Origin: Fimbriimonadia bacterium
GTDB taxonomy: Bacteria; Armatimonadota; Fimbriimonadia; Fimbriimonadales; JABRVX01
Assembly: GCA_041483895.1 (NCBI GenBank)
Contig: JBGPGO010000005.1
Location: forward strand, 1 to 64,000
Direction of reading: 5' to 3'
DNA: 64,000 bases
The notes beneath the pieces are model-generated. The model saw only the letters and a list, made by a program, of their open reading frames with translations. It was not told the DNA's origin and did no database searches. The position numbers and the translations under genes were made by a program. Positions 1-8,933 of the stretch are shown one piece after another. Numbering within the stretch: position 1 is the stretch's first letter; each line of letters opens with the position of its first letter.

Positions 1-113
1 TCTCCGCGCTCCCCCTCAGAGAGAATCCGGACGATCTGCTCTTCTGTGAACCTGCTCTGCTTCAATTTCCAGTCTCCTTCCTTCTTGTTCAGGGAAAGAG
101 TCTAATCTAAAGA

Positions 114-1187
114 TTGGTTCAAATTTCCGGGGGCACTCCACGGTCACAATGGACTGTGGCCGCAACGTCAACCTGCCCTGTGTGTCAGCGTTCCAGTTAC
201 TTGGACACCGTTCGCCGCCCGTACGGTCTGCCAAGGTACCGGTGTCCGCATTGTGGTCACGAAATTGCGACCGAGGGATTGAGGAAAGATGAGAATGACT
301 CAGCGCGCGCATCGCTCGTTCGGCGACTGGACGCCGGCGGGCAAAAGGCCGATGCGGAATTCGCGTTGCTGGACAAATATCCAGCAGAGGCCAGCCGTCT
401 TGCCACACTTATCCCAACAGAGGATGTGGCCGGCGATGGAGCGTTAGAGCTTCTTCGGAGGCATGGTGGGCCGGATCCGTTTCGACAGCTGGTTCTCGAC
501 CTGACTGAGATGCAACGCGATGCCAGGAAAACCATCCTATTGGCCCCGCTCGAGGTGGCTCTCTTTACGGCGGCGGTGTATGGCGTCGGAATATTGGTTG
601 CTCAGTCGTATCCAAACGCTCACAATACGCCTTGGTCGTCCAGTTTTCTCGCATTTGTACTCAGCTTCAGTTGGAGGATTTGGTCGCTGAGGCAGCGCCG
701 ACGCCGCATCGCTCATGTACTGAGGATTCTCGCCGAGCCGGCGGTGGCGGGCGGTCTTGCCGTTGCGTTTCGCGAGCGAACTCTTCGGAAAACGCTGGCG
801 CCAATCTTGGCGGGTGTGCTTGCGTGCGTCGACAGCTCCGTGGCAGAACGGTACGGCGAAGATGAGAGGCGGGCAATTTCTGATCTCTTAGATTCAAGTG
901 AATCACGTCTGACTAATGGCGCGCTGCATGTCCTGTCGCTCGTCGGAGCAAGAGAGTCAGTCGCGGCGCTTGAGCGGTTTGTTCACTCCGGTCCGGCACA
1001 GTTCCATGCGAGGGCGGAGGAGGTTCTTACGGCGGTGCGGGCGAGAGCGGCGAGGCAGGAGGACCAGGCGACGTTGCTCCGAGCGGCGCCAGCGGGGGAG
1101 GAACCAGACAAACTGCTCCGGTCGGCGGGCGAGGGGGCTGTGGATCCGCAACAGTTGCTCCGCGCGGATTCGGAACCCCCACCCTAA
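114..1187 (+). CDS. Zn-ribbon / 2-TM / HEAT-repeat-like membrane protein with C-terminal LLR repeats
   Basis: CPVC..CPHC, two hydrophobic helices, HEAT-like helical region, ends ATLLRA..KLLRSA..QLLRA; same architecture as 45549..46694; start uncertain. Confidence 0.6.
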   Translation: MVQISGGTPRSQWTVAATSTCPVCQRSSYLDTVRRPYGLPRYRCPHCGHEIATEGLRKDENDSARASLVRRLDAGGQKADAEFALLDKYPAEASRLATLIPTEDVAGDGALELLRRHGGPDPFRQLVLDLTEMQRDARKTILLAPLEVALFTAAVYGVGILVAQSYPNAHNTPWSSSFLAFVLSFSWRIWSLRQRRRRIAHVLRILAEPAVAGGLAVAFRERTLRKTLAPILAGVLACVDSSVAERYGEDERRAISDLLDSSESRLTNGALHVLSLVGARESVAALERFVHSGPAQFHARAEEVLTAVRARAARQEDQATLLRAAPAGEEPDKLLRSAGEGAVDPQQLLRADSEPPP

Positions 1188-1200
1188 CCTGCATGCGGGA

Positions 1201-1259
1201 GGTAGCCGCGGGTCCTCGTTCTGAACCGTGATCGAATTGACGACCACAAGACCCGCGTA
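1201..1259. repeat. family C-like element (inverted ends, 39-nt core)
   Basis: GGTAGCCGCGGG-TCCTC...ACAAGA-CCCGCG. Confidence 0.55.
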
Positions 1260-1382
1260 GGAGGGGTGGAATTGCCAATAACCATCCGTTCCGGCATTTC
1301 TACCGTGGTCAAACGCAGGTTTTGGTCGCGGCGATTCGGTCAGGGCATCGGAACGAGAACCTGCGGCTACGATCCTATCTAG

Positions 1383-1405
1383 TGCCGGCTGGAAGCCAGC
1401 GTTAC
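1383..1405. repeat. REP-like palindrome family D
   Basis: TGCCGGCTGGAAGCCAGCGTTAC; identical or near-identical copies at 7725-7887, 8623-8704, 54436-54566. Confidence 0.8.
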
Positions 1406-1429
1406 GGGGGGGCTGGTATCCTACTCGGC

Positions 1430-2302
1430 ATGACAATGGCGAGGCGGTTGAGGGAGTTGATGGGGCGGGGCGGGGTGGTGATGCCGGGGGTCTACGACGG
1501 GATTACAGCACGGTTGGCGGCGAAGGCGGGATTTGAAGCGCTCTATGTGACCGGCGCGGGAGTGGCGAACGGGTTGACCGGGTTGCCGGACATCGAGGTT
1601 TTGAGCCGCGAGGAGATGGCGAGGCAGGCCAGGTACGTGGTTGAGGCGAGCGGGTTGCCATGTTTGAGCGATGCCGACACGGGATACGGGGGCGTCCACG
1701 CCGTAATGCGGACAGTGAGGGAGTTTGAGGCCGCCGGGCTGGCCGGGCTGCATATCGAAGACCAGGTCTCCCCAAAGCGCTGCGGGCATCTGGACGGAAA
1801 GCAGCTTGTCCCCATCAATTTCATGCAGCAGAAGGTGGCTGCGGCGTGCCGGGCGCGGAAAGACCCCGATTTCGTGGTGATGGCGCGGACGGATGCCAGG
1901 GATGTCGAAGGGCTGGACAGAGCCATCGAGCGGGCAAAAGCCTATCTCGACGCCGGAGCGGACGCCATTTTCCCCGAAGGCCTACAGAGCGAGGAGGAGT
2001 TCGCCGCCTTCCGAAAATCCATACAGGCCCCGCTTTTGGCGAATATGACCGAATTCGGCAAAACCCCCTTGATACCCGCCGTCAAGTTCAAGGAGCTTGG
2101 GTACAATTTGGTTATCTTCCCGATGACCGCGTTCCGGGTGATGTTGAAGGCGGTCGGAGAAACCTACGCGGAGCTTAAGGCCACGGGAACCCAGGCCGGT
2201 TTGCTCGATAGAATGAGAACCCGGCAAGAGCTTTATGAGCTGATTGACTATGACAGTTACAATCGGCTTGATAAAGAGTTAGCGGAACGGTTTGAAGACT
2301 AG
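1430..2302 (+). CDS. prpB: methylisocitrate lyase
   Basis: DADTGYG, IEDQVSPKRCGH, ARTDA, ANMTEFGKTP motifs; adjacent to a citrate synthase. Confidence 0.9.
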   Translation: MTMARRLRELMGRGGVVMPGVYDGITARLAAKAGFEALYVTGAGVANGLTGLPDIEVLSREEMARQARYVVEASGLPCLSDADTGYGGVHAVMRTVREFEAAGLAGLHIEDQVSPKRCGHLDGKQLVPINFMQQKVAAACRARKDPDFVVMARTDARDVEGLDRAIERAKAYLDAGADAIFPEGLQSEEEFAAFRKSIQAPLLANMTEFGKTPLIPAVKFKELGYNLVIFPMTAFRVMLKAVGETYAELKATGTQAGLLDRMRTRQELYELIDYDSYNRLDKELAERFED

Positions 2303-2322
2303 ATAACAGCGAGGTTATTAAA

Positions 2323-3465
2323 ATGGCTGCACAATTACAGCACCCGGAATACAGCCCCGGACTCCAAGGGATTCCCGCGGGCATCACCCGAATTTCACGC
2401 ATCGATGTCGAGCGAAGCAGCTTGACCTATCGAGGCTACGACGTACACATCCTTGCCGAGCACACGCCGGTGGAGGAAACCGCCTATCTGGTGCTCAATG
2501 GTGAGCTCCCGACGAAGGCGCAACTCGACGCATTCACGAAGAATCTCGTGTCGGAACGGGAGATTCCCAGCAAAGTCTATGACGTGATGCGCTGCCTGCC
2601 GACCAGCAGCCATCCGATGGCATGGCTGCAAACTCTCGTTTCGGCGGTTGCCCTCCACGATCCCGAAAGTGCGGACAACAGCCACGACGCCAACATCCGC
2701 AAGGCCACCCGGCTTTTCGCGAAGATGGGGACCGTGGTTGCGAATGGATATCGCGTCGTGCATGAAGGCAAGGAACCGGTCGCGCCGGACAGCTCTCTGG
2801 GCCACGCCGCCAACTTCCTGTATATGTTGAAAGGGACGAAGCCGATGCAGTCGGCGGCGGACGTGATAAACACCTCCATGATTCTGTATATGGAGCATGA
2901 TTTCAACTGCTCCACATTCACGGCGCGAGTCATCGTAAGTTCCAACAGCGATCTGTACAGTGGGACGGTCGGCGCGATCGGCGCGCTGAAAGGCAATCTG
3001 CACGGCGGCGCTAACGAGGCGGCGATGGAGATGCTGCTGGAGATCGGATCGGTCGAAAAGGCGCATGGTTTTATCGATCGCGCGCTGGCCGAGAAGAAGA
3101 AGATCATGGGCTTTGGCCACCGCGAATATCGCAAGAGCGACAGCCGTGTTCCGATTTTGAAGAAGGTCGGGAAGAAGCTGAGCGAGGACCTTGGAAACAT
3201 GAAGTGGTGGGACATCGCGGAGATCCTCGAGAAAGATATGTGGGATGCGAAGCAGCTATTCCCGAATGTGGACTTCCCCGCCGCTTGGCTTTACTATCTG
3301 CTCGAACTGCCGATACACGTTTACACGCCGATCTTCGCGGTCGCGCGCACGGTCGGCTGGTCGGCGCACATGATCGAGCAGTTGGACAGCAATCGAATCA
3401 TCCGGCCGCAGTCGATCTACGAAGGCCAAATGACCCGCGATTTCGTACCGATCGAGGAGCGGTAG
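2323..3465 (+). CDS. prpC: 2-methylcitrate/citrate synthase
   Basis: YSPGL.G, HDFNCSTF, LHGGANE, MGFGHR, FPNVDF motifs; follows prpB. Confidence 0.85.
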   Translation: MAAQLQHPEYSPGLQGIPAGITRISRIDVERSSLTYRGYDVHILAEHTPVEETAYLVLNGELPTKAQLDAFTKNLVSEREIPSKVYDVMRCLPTSSHPMAWLQTLVSAVALHDPESADNSHDANIRKATRLFAKMGTVVANGYRVVHEGKEPVAPDSSLGHAANFLYMLKGTKPMQSAADVINTSMILYMEHDFNCSTFTARVIVSSNSDLYSGTVGAIGALKGNLHGGANEAAMEMLLEIGSVEKAHGFIDRALAEKKKIMGFGHREYRKSDSRVPILKKVGKKLSEDLGNMKWWDIAEILEKDMWDAKQLFPNVDFPAAWLYYLLELPIHVYTPIFAVARTVGWSAHMIEQLDSNRIIRPQSIYEGQMTRDFVPIEER

Positions 3466-3474
3466 TTAGGTGGG

Positions 3475-3493
3475 TTGACGATGCGATCGTCAA
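3475..3493. repeat. palindrome family G
   Basis: TTGACGATGCGATCGTCAA; three more copies at 31471-31564. Confidence 0.7.
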
Positions 3494-3506
3494 TGAAAAG
3501 AAATAG

Positions 3507-3534
3507 TATCCCCGACGATGCAACGTCGGGGATA
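3507..3534. terminator. hairpin between convergent genes, probable terminator
   Basis: TATCCCCGACG-atgcaa-CGTCGGGGATA 11-bp stem. Confidence 0.55.
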
Positions 3535-3555
3535 TCGGTTTGTTTGCGCGGCGTG

Positions 3556-4098
3556 CTACTTGCCCTTCTTTGCCCCGTGCGCTTCCATGGCGCCCATTTT
3601 CGACGGATCGAACGGCTTGCCGTCCAACTTCATGTTCGCCGTCTTCGTCTGAACGATTTTGGACAACTTCCAGGTCTTGCCAACTTTGACCCAGGTCTGC
3701 GTGTCATATTCGGTGCCCGTCATCTTATGATACTTTTTGTCGTTGGGCATCATCATAACAGCCTTGAATGTCCCAACGCATTGACATACGCCGGTGTTGC
3801 CGGTAACCTTCGAACTCTTAACCGTTGTCTTAGAATCGATGGTCTTGCTCGTCTTGAACATGGCCTTCATCTGTTTTAGGGCATCCTTCTTGTTTTGCTG
3901 TTGCCCCATTTCGGTATAGGTGAAGTCATCGGTGGACATTTTGTCAAAGAAGGCGGTGTCGCGTTTCGCAAACGCGGCGTCGGTCTTTTTCGCCATATCC
4001 TTGCAGAATTTCAGGAAGTCGGAGTTGGCATCGGCGGCGGCCATGGCCGCTACCGACAAACACATGCTCCATACGAAGATATTTCTTAGATTTCTCAT
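3556..4098 (-). CDS. secreted NTF2-like (DUF4440-type) protein
   Basis: signal peptide, FFDKMSTDDFTY, C-terminal W.K.GKTWK; paralog of next gene. Confidence 0.7.
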   Translation of the reverse strand: MRNLRNIFVWSMCLSVAAMAAADANSDFLKFCKDMAKKTDAAFAKRDTAFFDKMSTDDFTYTEMGQQQNKKDALKQMKAMFKTSKTIDSKTTVKSSKVTGNTGVCQCVGTFKAVMMMPNDKKYHKMTGTEYDTQTWVKVGKTWKLSKIVQTKTANMKLDGKPFDPSKMGAMEAHGAKKGK

Positions 4099-4146
4099 AT
4101 TGGACCTCGCAGATTAAGATTTGTCCGGGAATTGTACCAGTTGCCG

Positions 4147-4698
4147 CTAGCCGTTGCCAGCCTTAGATGGGTCGTACGGCTTGCCATCCATTGTCGCCTT
4201 ACCCTTCTTGTATAGGGTGATATTCGACACCTTCCAGGTCTTCCCCATCTTCTTCCATGTGATCCGTTCGTAAGTCACCATGGTCATGTGGTGGGTCTTT
4301 TTGTCCTGACCTGGTTTCGTCGTTATCTTGTAGTTGTTTATCGAATCAATGACGCCGGTATCATCAGTTGCCTTGATGTTGGCCAACTTCAGCGTTACCG
4401 ACATCGACTTGGTCATCCCGAATTGCTGCTTCATTTGGTCCATCGACGTCTTGCGATCTGTCGTTTTTCCATCACTGTCGGTGAACGTGAAGTCGTCGGT
4501 GGAGATGCTGTCGAAGAACTTGAGGTTCTTGTTCTTCATCGCGCTCACTACCTTGGGTTTGATGCCGTTGATGAACTTCTTGAAGTCGGTCTGAGTGTCG
4601 GCCGATGCCATCGACATCGGGATGATAAGCGCTACGAGAAGCGGCAAATGCCGGTTGAGTTTCAATGTCTTCCTCCGTGTTTGCGTGATTTTGTCCAT
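4147..4698 (-). CDS. secreted NTF2-like (DUF4440-type) protein, tandem paralog
   Basis: FFDSISTDDFTF, WKKMGKTWK, DGKPYDPSK shared with neighbour. Confidence 0.7.
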   Translation of the reverse strand: MDKITQTRRKTLKLNRHLPLLVALIIPMSMASADTQTDFKKFINGIKPKVVSAMKNKNLKFFDSISTDDFTFTDSDGKTTDRKTSMDQMKQQFGMTKSMSVTLKLANIKATDDTGVIDSINNYKITTKPGQDKKTHHMTMVTYERITWKKMGKTWKVSNITLYKKGKATMDGKPYDPSKAGNG

Positions 4699-4806
4699 TC
4701 TAAACGGTTGGGCTTACAAAAGTAAATAGGTCCGGGCGCCTGGTAGGTCCCTCGGGTAGGATGGGACGCCTTCAGAAACGAATGGATTGCTGACACTACC
4801 CTGATC

Positions 4807-5421
4807 ATGGCAGAGAAACGTAAGGATACACTTGCAATGAGTCACATGCGGGAAGTCTGGGAGGCCAGCCGCCGGAACCCGGACGATCCCGGACTGCGCG
4901 ATTCCTATTCACAGATTCCACGGCTTCCGATACGGCTCATCTGCTGCAAGCTGGACAAGGAGATCAACCACGGCAACCTGCTGCGAATCGCGGAGGCATT
5001 CCGATTGGAGATGGTGCAGTTCGCGCCCAGGCCCGACAGGGATTTCAGCGGCGCGATGGGCGGCCACGTCTGGCAGCCGTACGAGTGGGTGGAGCCGGAA
5101 TCGGCAATCAGCGCCGCCAAAAAGGACGGAAACACCCTTTACGCATTAGATATTGCCGATGATGCCGTGGATGTCCACACGATCGAATGGAGATTCCCTG
5201 CTGCCCTGCTCATCGGGGAAGAGCTGACGGGGATTCCGAAAGAGCACAGCGAAGCCTGTGATTTTCACGTGGCAATACCCCTCTACGGCCTCATGCAATC
5301 GCTGAATGTCGCGGTCGCGACCGGCATCTGCCTCGACCAGATGGTTGCGGCCGCGGCCCGGATCGATCCCGCCTATCGTCCGGTTCGCGGCATTTCCCAG
5401 CGATTGCTCGGGGATATCTGA
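4807..5421 (+). CDS. TrmH/SpoU family RNA methyltransferase
   Basis: NHGNLLRIAEAF, LLIGEELTGI, IPLYGLMQSLNVAVATGI SPOUT motifs. Confidence 0.85.
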   Translation: MAEKRKDTLAMSHMREVWEASRRNPDDPGLRDSYSQIPRLPIRLICCKLDKEINHGNLLRIAEAFRLEMVQFAPRPDRDFSGAMGGHVWQPYEWVEPESAISAAKKDGNTLYALDIADDAVDVHTIEWRFPAALLIGEELTGIPKEHSEACDFHVAIPLYGLMQSLNVAVATGICLDQMVAAAARIDPAYRPVRGISQRLLGDI

Positions 5422-5579
5422 GCAGATATCCGTAGGTTTGGACAGCAGGCAGATCGGCAAATCCGTGTTAACATGTCCGCGTTCCTCCTTCGGCGGCGCT
5501 TTTGCCAAGGGGCAACCTTCGGGGGTGTGGTGTTCCCTCCCACCTCGCGTCGTACTGGGGGATATTCAGGAGGTGCTTT

Positions 5580-5798
5580 GTGCCTGAAGATCAAGGGAAG
5601 GCTGCGATGGATCGCATGAATAAAGGTCGTGGTTGGCACGGTGACCCAGAAGGTCATCGAGCCGCCGGGAAAAAGGGAGGCCAAAAAGTCTCTCAAAACC
5701 GGGCCCACATGGCTGAAATAGGGCGACGCGGTGGACAGAAAGTGTCCGCTAACCGCGAGCACATGTCCAAAATTGGACGACGCGGTGGGCAAAAATAG
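5580..5798 (+). CDS. KGG-repeat general stress protein
   Basis: GTG start after AGGAGG; GWHGDPEGH, AGKKGGQK, EIGRRGGQK repeats. Confidence 0.8.
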   Translation: MPEDQGKAAMDRMNKGRGWHGDPEGHRAAGKKGGQKVSQNRAHMAEIGRRGGQKVSANREHMSKIGRRGGQK

Positions 5799-5853
5799 TC
5801 TCGACCTGAAATCATGGAATAGAGCGCTGGGAAGCGGCAGATTCCCCGCGCAT

Positions 5854-6825
5854 CTACCGCGAGGCCTTCCCCTGAGTCCCTTTTTCGGTGATCGCCCGAT
5901 CGAAACCTTCCTGTTCCTCCTTTGGCAACGGCCGTGTCAGGCCCTTGTATGCCGGCAACACCCTATATGTTTTGATGTAGGTATCCACATTCGAATGATC
6001 CAGTGCATTAACGGGAACTTCGATGGCGAGCGCCGGCAACGAAGTCTTATTGATCGAGTCCGCGACGGCACGGGCCGCGAGCGCGCCCGCCTGAAACCAG
6101 TTCGGCTGATACAACAGATCGAGCTTCATCTCTCGCAGCGCAGCAATTCCACGCTTGCCACCATCGATCCCAATGATCAGGCCCGATTCTCGTCCCACGA
6201 CCGCATCGATCGCGCCTGCGCCCACCGCGATAACGGCATCGTATTTTCCGCTTGATTCCTTGTTGATTGCCGCAGATTCCACCGTGACGCTTGGATTCGG
6301 CAAGTATTTGCTTACGAGTCTCGCGTAGATTAGCTCCGAATCGACCATCGTATCGTTGGAATGAGTGATCAGAATTCTATATGCGCCCGGGTGTTTTGCG
6401 ATGTCCAAACTCGCTACGATCGAGTTGGCGATGCGGACGCCATCGGGTGCGATGCTGGAGGACCTGGGCGACGAGGGCACGTCGAGTCCCACCAGATAGC
6501 AGTACACGGAGTGATCGAAGGCGCTTTTCACGACATCGGCCGACGCATCCGCCGATATACTGGGAACGATTACATGGTCTGGAAAATCTTTCAACGCTAG
6601 GCGAAATTCATCGCCCAATCGAGCGGCGTTGCCTGCATTGTGCGTCTTTGCGTCGATCCCCCACGGCTTGAATTGCGCCATGGCCCCGCTGACAATGTCG
6701 TCAATCGCTTCGCTTTCGCCGGGGAGCAGGATCAGGATCGACGCGGTGGAAGGCTTCGGCTTCTCCCGATTGTCGCATCCGGCGGCAACCAGGCAGGCGC
6801 ACAGGATGAGCGCGAGCTTAGTCAA
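5854..6825 (-). CDS. lipoprotein, sugar-binding periplasmic protein-like
   Basis: TTG start overlapping ftsY stop, lipobox LVAAGC, IIGIDGG and YQPNWFQAG resembling Peripla_BP fold. Confidence 0.6.
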   Translation of the reverse strand: MTKLALILCACLVAAGCDNREKPKPSTASILILLPGESEAIDDIVSGAMAQFKPWGIDAKTHNAGNAARLGDEFRLALKDFPDHVIVPSISADASADVVKSAFDHSVYCYLVGLDVPSSPRSSSIAPDGVRIANSIVASLDIAKHPGAYRILITHSNDTMVDSELIYARLVSKYLPNPSVTVESAAINKESSGKYDAVIAVGAGAIDAVVGRESGLIIGIDGGKRGIAALREMKLDLLYQPNWFQAGALAARAVADSINKTSLPALAIEVPVNALDHSNVDTYIKTYRVLPAYKGLTRPLPKEEQEGFDRAITEKGTQGKASR

Positions 6826-7702
6826 ACAGACCTCCCGCAAAGGCCTTTGGGTCGAAGTCCACCAGGTCCTCGGCCTTCTCCCCAACGCCAATCAGTTTGA
6901 TGGGTATTCCCAACTGCTTCGTTACGGAGAGGATTGCGCCGCCTCGCGACGTGCCGTCCAGTTTTGTAAGAACGATGCCGGTGACGTTGGCCGCTTTGAG
7001 AAACTCCTCGGCCTGCCGCACGGCATTTTGGCCCACGTTGCCGTCCAAAATAAGCAGCGTCTCATCGGGCTGCCGGCCCAGCGCCTTCTCCGTCACACGC
7101 GCGATTTTCGCCAGTTCCTGCATTAAGTTTGTTTTGGTGTGTTGTCGTCCCGCGGTATCTGCCAGAACATAGTCGGTCCCGCGCGCCTTTGCCGCCGTGA
7201 TCGCGTCAAAGACTACCGCCGACGGGTCCGCTCCCTCCTGATGCCGCACAATCTGCGCGCCGATCCGATCCGCCCAGATGGCCAACTGCTCTCCGGCCGC
7301 CGCCCGGAACGTGTCCGCCGCCGCCAACAGCGCACTCTTCCCTTCCCGGCGATATCGTTCCGCCAGCTTGGCGATCGTCGTCGTTTTCCCCGACCCGTTG
7401 ACCCCCACGAACAGATATACGGTCGGCTTTTCCGGGCCAACGATGAGGCGGGAGCTTTCCAATTCAGCGAATCGATGGGCGATAATTGCTTCCAGCCTGG
7501 TTCGCACTTCGTCCGGGTCCTGAAGGCGTTCCTCCTTGATCGCCCCCCGGAGCTCCTCCAGCATCACGTTCACTTCAGAAACCGATACGTCGGCCCCAAT
7601 CAGCGACTCCTCCAGGTCGTCGAACAGCTCGTCGTCGATGATGCCGCGGCCCAATACCTTGCTGACTTTCTGTCGGAGAGATTTGAAGATACCGAGGCGC
7701 AT
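6818..7702 (-). CDS. ftsY: signal recognition particle receptor
   Basis: GVNGSGKTTT, DTFRAAA, DTAGR, TKLDGTSRGG, GVGEK. Confidence 0.95.
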   Translation of the reverse strand: MRLGIFKSLRQKVSKVLGRGIIDDELFDDLEESLIGADVSVSEVNVMLEELRGAIKEERLQDPDEVRTRLEAIIAHRFAELESSRLIVGPEKPTVYLFVGVNGSGKTTTIAKLAERYRREGKSALLAAADTFRAAAGEQLAIWADRIGAQIVRHQEGADPSAVVFDAITAAKARGTDYVLADTAGRQHTKTNLMQELAKIARVTEKALGRQPDETLLILDGNVGQNAVRQAEEFLKAANVTGIVLTKLDGTSRGGAILSVTKQLGIPIKLIGVGEKAEDLVDFDPKAFAGGLFD

Positions 7703-7724
7703 AGGTGCGATTCTGGCATTAACC

Positions 7725-7887
7725 GTAACGCTGCCTTCCAGGCGGCAAAGGTTTCCCAAACCTAACGCTGGCTTCCAGCCGGCATAGGACTCATAGGACT
7801 TATAAGACCTATACGACCGACATGTCCTATCGCGGAGAGCTACCCTCCTGCCGGCAAAGGTCAATGCCGGCAGGATGCCGGCGTTAC
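7725..7887. repeat. cluster of family D palindromes with 9-nt tandem repeats
   Basis: three D units (7725, 7762, 7865) and ATAGGACTC/ATAGGACTT/ATAAGACCT at 7784-7818. Confidence 0.8.
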
Positions 7888-8606
7888 GGGGGACCGATGG
7901 CACGGGCGGCAAGCCAGTCGACGACCTGCCGCGCGATCTCCGGCGCGCGGCGGCCGAGCAGCGGGCCGACGTGCGAGACGCCGCGATAGGTGAAGACATC
8001 GGCGGATGCCCATGCGGCGACGGCACGGCTGGTATTCGGGGAGATGTCCTTGTCGTCCTCGCCGATGACGACCAGCACGGGGCAAGAAGGCTTGGCGCAA
8101 GCGATGCCGGACGAGAGGGCATCCATAACGGCTCCCGACTCATCCCGCCATCGTTTCCACGCATAGTCGATCATTTTCGCATCGCTGTCTGGCATCGCAT
8201 CGACGGAATCCTGCCTCGGACTGCCCGCCCATCGGACAATGGCCGGGTGCGGTTTCGCCTCCTGCTTCGGGGCGACCCCGACGGGCGGGACGGCGTTGAT
8301 CAAGATCACCCCGGCAGGCTTGAGACGCTCAGCCGCCTTCAGAGCAATCGGCCCGCCCATACTCGCCCCAACCAAGATCACTGGACCCTTCTCGGCCTTG
8401 GCCCAGGCAACCACCTGCTCGACGTAATCTGCCAAAGTGGTCTTCTCGAGGCCCCCGGCAGGCACGAGATCCCGCGCGATCACATGGAAACCGGCCTTTT
8501 CAAAGATTGGCTTCCATTGCATGTACTCCCAGCCGCCACCCCCCGCACCGTGAATCATAATGGCGACGGGCTTGGCGACTGCAAGGGCTATGATTGCGAT
8601 GAGCAT
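7884..8606 (-). CDS. alpha/beta hydrolase
   Basis: IHGAGGGGW, GASMGG nucleophile elbow, GEDD, SHVG; stop codon lies within a D repeat. Confidence 0.85.
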   Translation of the reverse strand: MLIAIIALAVAKPVAIMIHGAGGGGWEYMQWKPIFEKAGFHVIARDLVPAGGLEKTTLADYVEQVVAWAKAEKGPVILVGASMGGPIALKAAERLKPAGVILINAVPPVGVAPKQEAKPHPAIVRWAGSPRQDSVDAMPDSDAKMIDYAWKRWRDESGAVMDALSSGIACAKPSCPVLVVIGEDDKDISPNTSRAVAAWASADVFTYRGVSHVGPLLGRRAPEIARQVVDWLAARAIGPP

Positions 8607-8622
8607 GCCACGATTCTATCTC

Positions 8623-8704
8623 GTAACGCTGGCTTCCAGCCGGCATCAGACGTAAAGGGCGTATAGGGCGTATAGGACCTATGCCGGCTGGAAGCCAGCG
8701 TTAC
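8623..8704. repeat. inverted pair of family D palindromes enclosing 9-nt tandem repeats
   Basis: GTAACGCTGGCTTCCAGCCGGCAT ... ATGCCGGCTGGAAGCCAGCGTTAC with GTAAAGGGC/GTATAGGGC/GTATAGGAC between. Confidence 0.8.
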
Positions 8705-8723
8705 CATTTGTGAATATGGGGCA

Positions 8724-8818
8724 TGGCGGGAGCGTGTGGGAATCGAACCCACCGGACCCGCGAAGCGAGTCCCAACGGTTTTGAAGACCGCGGAGCACAC
8801 CAGCACCCATTCGCCCCC
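8724..8818 (-). tRNA. selC: tRNA-Sec (anticodon UCA)
   Basis: 95 nt, GGGGGCG..., anticodon arm GCGGT-CTTCAAA-ACCGT, long variable arm, GTGGGTTCGATTCCCAC, ends GCCA. Confidence 0.93.
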
Positions 8819-8933
8819 AACCGCAGAAGGCCCAGATTACCCGGCACTCCGAAGCGAATGGATCGGATGGCCGCAATGCGGCCTTTGGAACGCACGAATA
8901 TCGAATCGAACTTGACCCGGATGTGGGCAAATT

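Noticed and set aside
7703..8164. Long N-terminal extension of FtsY in the ORF track
   Set aside because: It reads through repeat clusters and overlaps the hydrolase gene; the ATG at 7702 is the plausible start.
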